A program made the position numbers and the translations under genes. Shown one piece after another: positions 1 to 9,718 of a stretch of DNA of 64,000 nt. Position 1 is the first letter of the stretch. Each line of letters starts with the position of its first letter. A model generated the notes under the pieces. That model had not been told where the DNA came from and made no database searches. It saw nothing but the letters and a program-made list of their open reading frames with translations. Location: IMG/VR virus record IMGVR_UViG_3300042448_001253, positions 65,482 to 129,481 of that record, one strand, 5' to 3'. The DNA comes from a virus.

Positions 1-3000
1 CAAACCAGTATTCATCAAGACCACGGGGAACTTCAAATGCAGTAGAGCCCTTAGGTATAGATATTGACCAAAAAGACCCACCAAATTGTCCGGAGTCGCT
101 ATTAAACGAGGTTTCGCTATATGTATCGTCCGAGTATCTGTAAAAACTACTTCCGGCGAAATTTTTTGCCGCTATCTCCGGTTCTGAACTAGTAGATGTG
201 TAAGAAACATTAGAAACTACGCTACCAGGTTCTAAGTTTTCCAACATCTCGTAGTACTTAAGTTTTTTCTCGGTATTCTCCGGAGGGGTCATTCCTCTAT
301 ATACAACCCCATCCTTAGCGTATTTATGTTTTTTAAGAACTTCATTTAATTTACTAATCTCGTTATCTAAAAATTCAGATTTAGGCTCCATGTTATTTAT
401 TAGATATTCATTAATCTTTTTATAGCCCTCGCCGGTATAATATTTTATAGCTGCTTTTTCTTCAGGAGTAAACTCTTTTAAATCGACGTCCGGAGCACTT
501 CTAGGGAGCTTATAGGTATCAAAAATAAATTTAGATAAGGACTTATCAAAAATATCGGACTTGCCTTTAATTCCAATACCGTCTACGATTTCCCAGTTGC
601 CGGCATTAATTTCTTGTAAAGCTTTAGCTGCCTCTCCTCTAGTAGAAGCACTACTAATTGCATCCTTAGCCTTCTGAGATATCCACGGAATTTTAGACTC
701 AGACATTCTTTGAAGTGCTTTTTGTTGGTTTTCAGTTATAGGATTGTTAGGGTCAACAGCAGCCTTGAACTCAGCCATGCGTTCTTCATAACGCTTTTGC
801 ATTGCAGGGAAATCTAGAAGACTTAGGTCTTGATTATCCTCGTTTGCAGCACGGTCAATAATCTTTGAGACAAGGTTGTAGGAGTCTTCTGCGTCGCCAT
901 CAGCTGAGTGCCAGTTAGCAGGTTCGAAACCTAGGAAGTTAGCAACAGGACCGAGGCTAGATGTAGCCTTGATTTCTCCAGTCTTGCGGTCAGGAGCTTT
1001 TGGACCGTCGATGCCCTTCTCTGCGTCATACTTAGGGAGAAGTGAGGCAAGGTCTTTAGAGTCAATGGTTCCAGCAATATCTAGGTCTATGCCTGACTTG
1101 TCGGCCATACGCTTTAGAATCTCAATGTCAAATGGAACGTTCTGACCACCTAGAAGAGCGTTAGGTCCGATAAACTCGATGAAGTCTTTTAGAGCCTGCT
1201 CTTGGCTACTTTGCCTTGATAGCCATTCGGAATCTACAAGCTCCTGCTTAAATTCATCATAGTCATCTAAAATTCTGTTACCTTCGGAATCTAAAACATC
1301 ACGTTTTAAATTATTAGACGACCATTCAGAAAGCCTGCTCTCTGGGTTGATGTAGACATTAAAACGCTTTACAATTTTGCCGTCTTTAACTTGAACTGCA
1401 CCAAGCTGAACTGGGTCGTTAGTGATATCTTGACCGTCGTAATCAGCAATACCAGTTGTCTCAAAGTCGAAGTAAGTTACTGTCTGACCCTTTAGGCGTT
1501 CTTGAACTTCTTTCCAATTCTTAGCACCCTTCATAATGTCTTGGAACTTACCGGTAAAGGCACCTGGAGTAGGTAGGCGAGTACCGCTAGCGTCCATAGT
1601 TGCTGACTGGAAGTCAATGCCTAGGTTGTCTAGAGAGCTAGGTATAGTTTGAGCTTCGGCGTCGGGGGCTGGCTTAGATTGCTCTGTTTGAGGAGCGTCG
1701 TCTAGGACAACTTCGGCCTCAACGTAAATCACATCAGATTTCTCTATGCTATTAATTCTTAGTTTAGAGCCTCTAGGAAGAAGAAACTCTGCCTCATCAA
1801 AAGTACTAGGAGTGTACTTATAAACTCTAATCATTTTAGCCCCAGCAGGCACCGTAATAGTTAGATAGGCCGGTCTGCCTTCTTTAGTAGCAACCGCAAA
1901 ATTATTTGCTGTAGTCAACGAACTAGTAGTAGACATATAGCCAGTCTCTTCATAAATATCGCCTGGGGATAGCCTTGAAAAAATAGATGCTGCCTTACCG
2001 CTTATACCTCTGTTTAAGAATTTAGGAACAGTTGTAGGCTCTTGTTTTTCAAAAGCTGAATCAATATTTGCAATGTCGGATTTAGCTTTTTTAATTCCAG
2101 GTACGCTTACATCAGGTTTACGTAAAACCTCATTTATACTAATGTACCCTTTGCCCTTATATGAAAGCAAAGCTTCTTTTTCTTCGTCTGTTAGCTTATT
2201 TTCTGGCTTATCAAAAAGCTCGTCGGTGCCGTTCATAACAGCAGGAGTAGCCTCAACTTCGGTTAGTCCGTTTTCTTTGAGATAGTTCTCTATATAGTCT
2301 AAACCACGTAAAGCATTTCTTGTATCTTCTAAATACCCTAAAAGCTCTGCCTGAGCCTTCGGAGATTGCTCGAGCTCGTCCTGTAAATCTCTTTCAATGC
2401 TTGAGATATTGTCTTCTTTAATTTTACGTAAGCGAGCAATTCTTTCAAAGGTATAGGTAGATGGTTCATCAACAAAACCAATAGTACCTAGACCCTCATA
2501 CCAAGACTTCTTCTTCTTCTTTTCGGGAATGGCGTCAGCATCGGGGGTCGGCTTGAGCCCCTCTGCCTGAGGAGCATCCGGAGATGACTGAGCGGCTGAT
2601 TGCTTAGAGACGGACTGGACTAATCCGCTATTAGAGAGAATGTTTTTAATGCGGTCAGATGCTTCGCCTGTGGACACAAACCTAGCGACGGACTCTGCAA
2701 AATTCTCGTTGTAGTTGGAATCTCCGTATTCTCCTTTTACCCCGTTGATTTCGTTTCTATAGCTCTTTGACGAGTTGCTATTTATATGGTCATTCATATT
2801 TTGAACTGCATACATGACTTGATGGCCGAGCTCATGCTTAAGTGTTTCGGCTAGTTTGTCTAAGGAATTGTTAATACTTCTCCAGTATCTTCCAAGATTC
2901 CATATCCGATACTCTTTGTCATCAAATTTTCTAATATTAGCAAGATTTAGGTAAAGTCTTCCGTCAACAGAAGTCATACCATTATTTTTATCTATGACCT

Positions 3001-4162
3001 CCGTAATATCATCAGTACCAATTTTTTTCTTGTCCGCTTTTGATATAGGTTGGTGGTTTCCAATAATTATTTTAAGACCACCGGTTCTGTTATATGTACC
3101 TAATAAACTGTCAGTCCTCACCCCTTGCAAATTAGATAGGTTTATAACATCATTGAAGCTATTAAAGGCATTTAGAACAGTTCGCACTTCTTCGGGGGTA
3201 GCAATCAAGGATGTATCCTTTGAGTCCAGCTCAAACATTAAATCGTGTTTATTTAGAGCAGGGTCTGAGTGCTTTACAATAAAGTGTCTTGGTCTGGAGT
3301 CTAGAGCATATGCTTTGTAAGCCGCTCTTCTCTCCATACGGCCAGGAATTTTAGATATCTCATCTAAAGCATTCTCGTAGTCATCAAGAACAGGCTCCCA
3401 TCCCTCAGGTAGGTCTAGTTCCGAGGCAAGTTTTCTAACAGCTGCTTGGTGCTGCCTCATCCTGGCTGGTGTGCGGAAGAAATCTTCCCCTATATTGCCT
3501 AATCCGAATTTTTTATCTATTGCTTTTCGGTAACTTCGCACGAGCGAGGCACTTAATGCAATGCCAATCTCCGGGTCGCTTCGCCCTAGAAATTGTACGT
3601 CAACCGGAACAATCTTGGAGTTTACTTTTGCAATTTCAGCTTTAGAAAGTAGCGGCTCATTTTTTAGTCTATTTTTGAAATAATCTGTTAAGAAACTTGC
3701 ATATTTTTTAGCAAGGAATTCGTGGAAGTTTAGCTGGTTTTTCAGCGCATCCATGTATCGTTCTTTAGCTGATGCTATTGCAAGAGGGTTTTCAGGGTCA
3801 GCTTCTAACGCATCAATTAATTTTTCTCTAGCAAGTAGTGATGCTAACTCTAGGTTAGAAACATGAACAGCTTCAAAGTCAGTAATAGTTGCTAAAAGCT
3901 GGTCATCGATGTCTGAGCTAAGTTGCTTAGCCCCAACTCTCTCATTGTCATCTTTAGATGCTTCAGAGAGCGTATTATCTAACTCTTGACCAGGGTCTAG
4001 GGTAGGCGGAGCACCAGTTACGTCGTCTTCATCCGATTCGTCGTCAAAATCTACCCAAGACAGGTCGATATCTAACGGCTCATTTTTAAGAGAGTTCGGC
4101 AACTCATCCGCGTCAGGTGCAGGTTTCCCGGACGGGGAGTTACCTGCTACGCTTTTGGGGAG
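1..4162 (-). CDS. Large multidomain effector frame (>=1387 codons, runs off window; absent from ORF track): zincin peptidase + VIP2-type ADP-ribosyltransferase + DEDDh 3'-5' exonuclease + second ADP-ribosyltransferase; probably reached by -1 frameshift from 4147..8505
   Basis: I translated the frame by hand and found no stop between TGA at 4163-4165 and position 2; first ATG only at 3752-3754. Motifs: HELGH...NENFAES (~2840-2690); LTDEEKEALLSY..Y..INEVLR / NRGI / GYMSTTSS / DEAEFLLPRGS (~2200-1760); YFDFETTG / QNVPFD / WHSADGDAED (~1480-885); FTPEEKAAIKYYT..Y..INEYL / VYRGM / YTSTSS / IPKGS (~480-1). Confidence 0.85.
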
Positions 4163-4165
4163 TCA
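4111..4165 (-). other. Putative -1 programmed ribosomal frameshift signal
   Basis: In-frame heptamer C CCA AAA (4159-4153), 5-nt spacer, stem GCAGGT(4147-4142)/ACCTGC(4124-4119); loop CGTC can pair with downstream GACG (4114-4111). The 0-frame TAG is at 4149-4147 and the -1-frame TGA at 4165-4163. Confidence 0.7.
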
Positions 4166-7100
4166 GGGCCAATCAGTTTGTCGGGCTTGTAACCAATCCT
4201 CTTAATATCGCCATTAGCATCTTTATACATAACGGCAACAACTGGCTCATCTTCAGCTGTAGTTATCTTGACTTTTACTACTGAACCTAGAGCATTACCC
4301 TTGGTATCATAGATAGTGTCTCCAGCCACTAGCTGAGTGGCCTGTTTAGTTAGCCCGTTAGGGACTACTTCAACAGTCTCTGAGCTATCGTCCTGAGGGA
4401 TGCCATCGGAGCCAAGAAGTCTAATTCTTCTTTTCTCTGTACGACGAGACAAAGCTCGTTGACGTCTGTCGGCAAATTCTTGGCCACCACGCTTAAAGGC
4501 TAGAGGTACGTTTCTATCCCAGCCCGTATATTCACTTACTGGAGTGCTAGGGTCTACTATCCTCATTCTAGTCGCCGCTAGGTCAGAGTTCTCTGTACGT
4601 AGTTTTCCAGTTTTAGGGTCCAGGAACTGCATTCTAACGAAGTCGTCGTTTCCTCTAGGGCCGCTCTGTCTTCTCAGGCCTACAATGATACCGACAACCT
4701 TCTCGCCTGTGTTGGTGGTCCATTCAGCCTTGTCTCCACGCTTTGCAACTACGATACCGCTACCAGAAACGTGAGGGAATCTCATCTCGTTTTCTACTGA
4801 CCACTTCTTGTCAGCATTTTTCACGTAGTTAGTAACAATAGCGGATAGCTTCTGAAGAGCTTTAGTACGCTGAGTACCGGTAATACCGCTCCTGTCCAAA
4901 TCTTCTTTAAGCATTTGACGAAGGAACTTCATTACTATCTTTTTAGCTTCAGCACTGTCTTCGGGTAGTAGGTTCATAAGTTCTTGGAACCTATCTCTAC
5001 CATCCGTGCGGTTAGAGCTCTTCATAGCGTCTATCATTGACTGAACTTTACTACGCTCTATGTTACCGACAACTATATCTGTAGTAGTGTTTTGACGTTC
5101 AGATTCACCGTCTAGGCTAATAGCTATCTTCTCTTCTAGAGTTAGCATACGCATATCCTGTAGAGTGTGAGCAGCGTTCATCTCGGTTAAATCGCCGTTA
5201 TACTTATTCTTTAGTTCGTCCAAGATAGTAGCTTTTTGCTCTTTATTCGTCATCTTGTTGATGTCGTCTAAGGTTCTGCCCGTCTTGTTATACTTTCCAC
5301 GCCAGTATGTCATCTTGCGTTTCCAGTCGCCACCATAGTTGAAGTAGGCCTTGTCTCCAGTAAACTTATCTCCAGGATTTACCTTAGCTCCGCCTCCGGA
5401 AGCAGGTCTTAGAGTTCCAGCAAAGAACTGAGCCATCTTCTCGATACCATTGGTCTTACCATGAATAGCACTGTAAGTATCTCTGTAGTCGTGAGAGATA
5501 AAGTCTTTTACCTCTCCTGTTGCTAAGTCAGTAAATCTGTTTACAACTAAGAACTGGTTTCCAATAGTACGCTTGACGATAATCTCGTGTCTAGCCTTGC
5601 CACCGTCGATTGTTTGACGGTGAGTTATAAATCCTCCGGTAAAATCGTCGTCAGGGTCTGCTATGTAGTGACCATCTGGGTAGTCTTCTTCAAGCTGAGA
5701 CTGGATTCTATCTCCATTGGCTTCGGTGCCTCTAGCTTTATTTCCACTGCCTTTAGTTTCTTGCATTTCAGCTTCGCTACGAATAGCAGGTTTCATGTCT
5801 CTATCGTGAACTTCAGGGAGAGGTTTATCTTCTCTTACAGGGTTCTTAGCTAGGTAGTAGTCATTGACTTCATCGATAAGGTCTTGGATTTCGCCCTCAT
5901 CCTGGAAGTCGCCATCCTGCATAGCATTGTACGCATCCATTAGACGTTCACGCAAATCTTCGTCTTCAATCGGGTCGCCTGAGTCCATAGCATCTAGGTC
6001 TTCTAGAATATCCTTTTGCTCTTCAGAGATAGGGTTTCCAGTAGCATCTGCGTCCGGTCTAGGAGTTACAGGGGTAGTGTTAACGTCAGAGCCTTCTAGG
6101 AATCTCTTGCTCTTAGCTTCGCCGTTGCTATCAGTGTAGTTAACAGTAACCTTACCGTTGTCACTAGAAACACTGTCTACAGTTCCGGAGGTTCCGTTAG
6201 CGTTGTAGATTGTGTCGCCAGGAACTAGAGACTCTGCCTTCTTAGTTGGAGGGGTTAAGTCGTCTGGTCCATCAGGTCCCTGACCTCCAGGTGCAACCTG
6301 AGGGCCATCAGGAGGTCCAGGAGGGCCTGCAGGGGCTCCGGCTGGTTCTGCCTGTGGGGTAGGTACAACAACTGGTTCTGCAATTTCAGCAGGCTGAGTA
6401 GGGGCAACTGGTTCTTTAGGAGCAATTGCTTTTTCAGGCTTCGGAACCTTGCTGTATTCCTTATCTTCCATAAACTTAGTTGTAGAGACTTTTCCGTTAG
6501 AGTCTACAACTTCGGCCTTAGTGTACATTCTAAAACGATTGTCAACGCTTTTTTCTAGAATCTTTCTAACAGTTCCAATCTCGACGCCATCGGCATTCCA
6601 GACTGTGTCTCCAACTTCAATGTTGTCATGGTCAGCTGGCTTTGCGTTCTTCGGAACAGTAGCTTCTTTGGGGACAATAGTATCTGGGGTAGGGATAGAT
6701 ACTGCAGGACCTGCGGTAGGCCCGTCTTCGATAGATTCGTCTCCAGGCTCGCCATGAACGACTCTGCGGACAGAGCTGCCTGGGGATGAGTTAAACTCTC
6801 TAAAAACACCATCTCTATCTTGACCGCTGACTGTGGCAACGCCCTTATCGTTAAACTCGATGTCGTCTACCCTCATAAGTTCATCGGTGTCAGGGTTGGT
6901 TATAAAATCTCCAGGTTCGATTTGTGATACCGGAACAGGGCCCTTTTCAACAATAGGGCGGTCAAAATCTGAAGTATCTACATCAGGACCTAAGTCCTCT
7001 TCGATTGGGTCTAGAGTGACGTCACCTAATAGGTCTTCTTCGTCATCACCATCAGCTATGTCAGTTTGCACAGCATCTAGGTCTGGAGCTGGCTTTCCAG

Positions 7101-8505
7101 CCATAGCATCTTTTACAAGTCTGTCTGCTCTTCTTTTGTAGACGTCATCATTTGAAGTATTGATTCCGGCTTTATATAGAGCTTCCTCTAAAACTCCACG
7201 GGCAGAGATTAGTGTTTCTCTGTTAGAGTTTCCGTCGCTGTAGCTTAGAGGGCTACCGTCAGGGTTAGTGCCTGTTCTAAGTGGAAGAGCGTCCGCAATA
7301 TTCTGTAGTTTCTCTGAACCAGAAGTGCTTGGGTCATTAATAGCGTCTAATGCGGACTTGTAAAAGTCTGGGTTTTTAACAGCAGCTTCATTAAGAATAG
7401 TCTTCATCGCATCTAGACCCTCAGGTGAGGACAGAGCGTCTACATCTCCACTTGCAAGAGCAGGGAATCTTTGTCTCCAAGAATCTCTAGCTGCGGCTGC
7501 CTCATCGCCCATAACATCTAACGCGTCAGCGTCTGGGGTTGGCTTTGCAGCTTTTCTAGAAATAGGCTCTACACCAAAGAATTTGTCCATGACGTCATCT
7601 ACGCTGTTGTAGCCTGGTCCGCTATCAAGCTTTTCAAACATTCCGCGTGAGTTTCGTCTATCTGCAGCGGTGTCGTACTCGTAGTCAGAGTTAGCACCGT
7701 CAGCGTAAAGTTCCCACTTTCCAGCTCTATTCTGCTTTAGGCGATAATTGTTTGAGCCATCTTTGTAATCCCAGATGCCACTTCCAGGGGAAGTTTCTTT
7801 TAGGCCTTTATATTTATTTTGAGGTCGGTCTGTAGCAAGCTGGAACATGCCGCCTTCATCCCTCGTGACGCCATTCTCATCCATATATTCTTGAACGCTC
7901 TTACGGCCTTCAGCAAGGTCAGCTTCAGTTACGTCGTCTAGCTGTGCAACTGCCTTACCTTCAGCTGACTCTTTGTAAGCTGAAAGCTGTCTACCTTCTG
8001 GAGAGTTGATTCCATCATTGACGAGGCGGAGGTCGTCTTCGGTGATTGGGCTAGGGTCTAGGTCTTCGATGTTTGGAAGGTCAGGTGAGGATTCGATTGA
8101 GTTTAGAGAGTCTCCACCAGCATCCGGGTCGATTCCCTTAGAACGTAGATACTCGTCTGGAAGAGTTCCACCAATAAGGTCAACGTGCTTGGTCAGCAGT
8201 TCGTACATGCCATCAGGGATACCCTTGTCCGCCATGCCCTGAATAAGCATACGTACTGTATCTGAGCTTCCGGCAGAACCTAGTGCTCGTCCAATTACTG
8301 AAACAACCTGACCAGAGACTTTTAGGGCAGAGCGAATCTCTGCACCCATCTCAATCCACTGACCAGCACCTCTTCTACGCTTTGGAATACGTGGCTGGAT
8401 ACGCCAGAATCCCTTGTTAGCACCATCATTGAAGCCGATGCCAGCAGTGAGCGGGTTGATGTTCTCGTCGTCGCCGTTGAACAAGTTTTCTAGATAACCA
8501 GACAT
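4147..8505 (-). CDS. 1452-aa putative virion/head-associated protein
   Basis: Long ORF in the head module; N-terminal QPRIPK..GAGQW motif; acidic/Pro-rich linkers; several repeated ~55-aa units with LxPGDxI-like motif. Confidence 0.75.
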   Translation of the reverse strand: MSGYLENLFNGDDENINPLTAGIGFNDGANKGFWRIQPRIPKRRRGAGQWIEMGAEIRSALKVSGQVVSVIGRALGSAGSSDTVRMLIQGMADKGIPDGMYELLTKHVDLIGGTLPDEYLRSKGIDPDAGGDSLNSIESSPDLPNIEDLDPSPITEDDLRLVNDGINSPEGRQLSAYKESAEGKAVAQLDDVTEADLAEGRKSVQEYMDENGVTRDEGGMFQLATDRPQNKYKGLKETSPGSGIWDYKDGSNNYRLKQNRAGKWELYADGANSDYEYDTAADRRNSRGMFEKLDSGPGYNSVDDVMDKFFGVEPISRKAAKPTPDADALDVMGDEAAAARDSWRQRFPALASGDVDALSSPEGLDAMKTILNEAAVKNPDFYKSALDAINDPSTSGSEKLQNIADALPLRTGTNPDGSPLSYSDGNSNRETLISARGVLEEALYKAGINTSNDDVYKRRADRLVKDAMAGKPAPDLDAVQTDIADGDDEEDLLGDVTLDPIEEDLGPDVDTSDFDRPIVEKGPVPVSQIEPGDFITNPDTDELMRVDDIEFNDKGVATVSGQDRDGVFREFNSSPGSSVRRVVHGEPGDESIEDGPTAGPAVSIPTPDTIVPKEATVPKNAKPADHDNIEVGDTVWNADGVEIGTVRKILEKSVDNRFRMYTKAEVVDSNGKVSTTKFMEDKEYSKVPKPEKAIAPKEPVAPTQPAEIAEPVVVPTPQAEPAGAPAGPPGPPDGPQVAPGGQGPDGPDDLTPPTKKAESLVPGDTIYNANGTSGTVDSVSSDNGKVTVNYTDSNGEAKSKRFLEGSDVNTTPVTPRPDADATGNPISEEQKDILEDLDAMDSGDPIEDEDLRERLMDAYNAMQDGDFQDEGEIQDLIDEVNDYYLAKNPVREDKPLPEVHDRDMKPAIRSEAEMQETKGSGNKARGTEANGDRIQSQLEEDYPDGHYIADPDDDFTGGFITHRQTIDGGKARHEIIVKRTIGNQFLVVNRFTDLATGEVKDFISHDYRDTYSAIHGKTNGIEKMAQFFAGTLRPASGGGAKVNPGDKFTGDKAYFNYGGDWKRKMTYWRGKYNKTGRTLDDINKMTNKEQKATILDELKNKYNGDLTEMNAAHTLQDMRMLTLEEKIAISLDGESERQNTTTDIVVGNIERSKVQSMIDAMKSSNRTDGRDRFQELMNLLPEDSAEAKKIVMKFLRQMLKEDLDRSGITGTQRTKALQKLSAIVTNYVKNADKKWSVENEMRFPHVSGSGIVVAKRGDKAEWTTNTGEKVVGIIVGLRRQSGPRGNDDFVRMQFLDPKTGKLRTENSDLAATRMRIVDPSTPVSEYTGWDRNVPLAFKRGGQEFADRRQRALSRRTEKRRIRLLGSDGIPQDDSSETVEVVPNGLTKQATQLVAGDTIYDTKGNALGSVVKVKITTAEDEPVVAVMYKDANGDIKRIGYKPDKLIGPDSPKA

Positions 8506-8599
8506 TGAAATCCTTCTATATTTTTAAAGGCGTGGGAGTGTATCCCAATAATTTTTTACCTAGTAAAAGTGTATAGAAGTTTTGAGGGGGCTATTTGGA

Positions 8600-9718
8600 T
8601 TAGGAAATGATTTCGTTCAGTGGAATGAAACGAGGGTCCTCATCGTCTAGGTCTTTTAGAGTCCAGTAGGTAGCAGAGAACTGAGCCCAGCGGGATGCCA
8701 TCTCTTCGGTTGGGTTAGAGATGTCTTCGCTAGCTTCCCAGTAAGAGAAATCGTTTTCCCACTTGTGGTTGCCTTCTAGAAGCTTTTCGATGTAGGAAGA
8801 TGAAGCACCAGCAAGAATAGCGGTCTGAATAGAACCTTTCTCGTCATCGTACTTTTCCATCGCACTGGCAGCAATTGCACGTAGGTCTACTGGGAACTCA
8901 GGGTCAACTAGGTTTGTAACTGCATCTTGGAATGCAGCAAACTCTGCTCTAGCGTACTCTGTGTATGGGTCTGCCGGGGCACCGCTCTCTAGTAGAGATA
9001 GGCTTCTCTGGTAATCCTCGTTCTTAGCAAGTTCACGTGCGATTCTGTCTCTAGAGTCGCCACGGTAAATCATACGAGCTAGTCTGTTCTGCTCTACGTC
9101 AAACGGGTGTGCACCAGACGCAGTTAGAGACTGCTGCTGAACAACAATGTTGAGTAGGTGGGCACGGCTCTCTTCGTAAATGTTGTCGTGGTCAGGGAGC
9201 TCAGCGTCAGGGGAAATAGCAGCAGTAAGAGGTGTGTTGTATTTGAATACTGTGTCAGCAATTTTGCCAGACGCAGTTAGTGCCATCAAACGAATCTCTG
9301 CGTGAACACGCTCGATTGAACCCTCTGGGTGTAGGTAAGCAGCAGCAACAACTGGGCGTAGCTCTTCTGGAAGTTCAGGGTCAGCTGCAACCCACTTAGC
9401 ACGCTGAGTGCGTAGTTCGTCTGTGCTTAGAACGTGCTCGCCCTCAAAGAACGGGTGGCGTGGTGCTAGTAGGTCGAAGTGGTTTACTCCGGCACTCGCA
9501 ACAACTCCTCTAGTTGCTAGGTCGATATAGTTGTTTACTTCTTTGCGGATAGCAAAGTTGCGAGCTTCAATGTTGCTGCCAGTAGTTGCAGCATACGCAC
9601 GCTTGATTACAGTGTTTAGAGCACCTGCGTCTAATCTACGCTCTGGTAGTAGACCTTCGTTTGTCGAGTTGAAAATCTCGATTATCTCTTGACGGGTTAG
9701 CATTTGGTTTTCGCTCAT
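8600..9718 (-). CDS. 372-aa hypothetical head-module protein
   Basis: ORF coupled (TAATG) to the upstream gene; N-terminal segment resembles the KAVYRRG...DLL..H segment of 9718..11562; several LTA[SA] motifs. Confidence 0.7.
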   Translation of the reverse strand: MSENQMLTRQEIIEIFNSTNEGLLPERRLDAGALNTVIKRAYAATTGSNIEARNFAIRKEVNNYIDLATRGVVASAGVNHFDLLAPRHPFFEGEHVLSTDELRTQRAKWVAADPELPEELRPVVAAAYLHPEGSIERVHAEIRLMALTASGKIADTVFKYNTPLTAAISPDAELPDHDNIYEESRAHLLNIVVQQQSLTASGAHPFDVEQNRLARMIYRGDSRDRIARELAKNEDYQRSLSLLESGAPADPYTEYARAEFAAFQDAVTNLVDPEFPVDLRAIAASAMEKYDDEKGSIQTAILAGASSSYIEKLLEGNHKWENDFSYWEASEDISNPTEEMASRWAQFSATYWTLKDLDDEDPRFIPLNEIIS

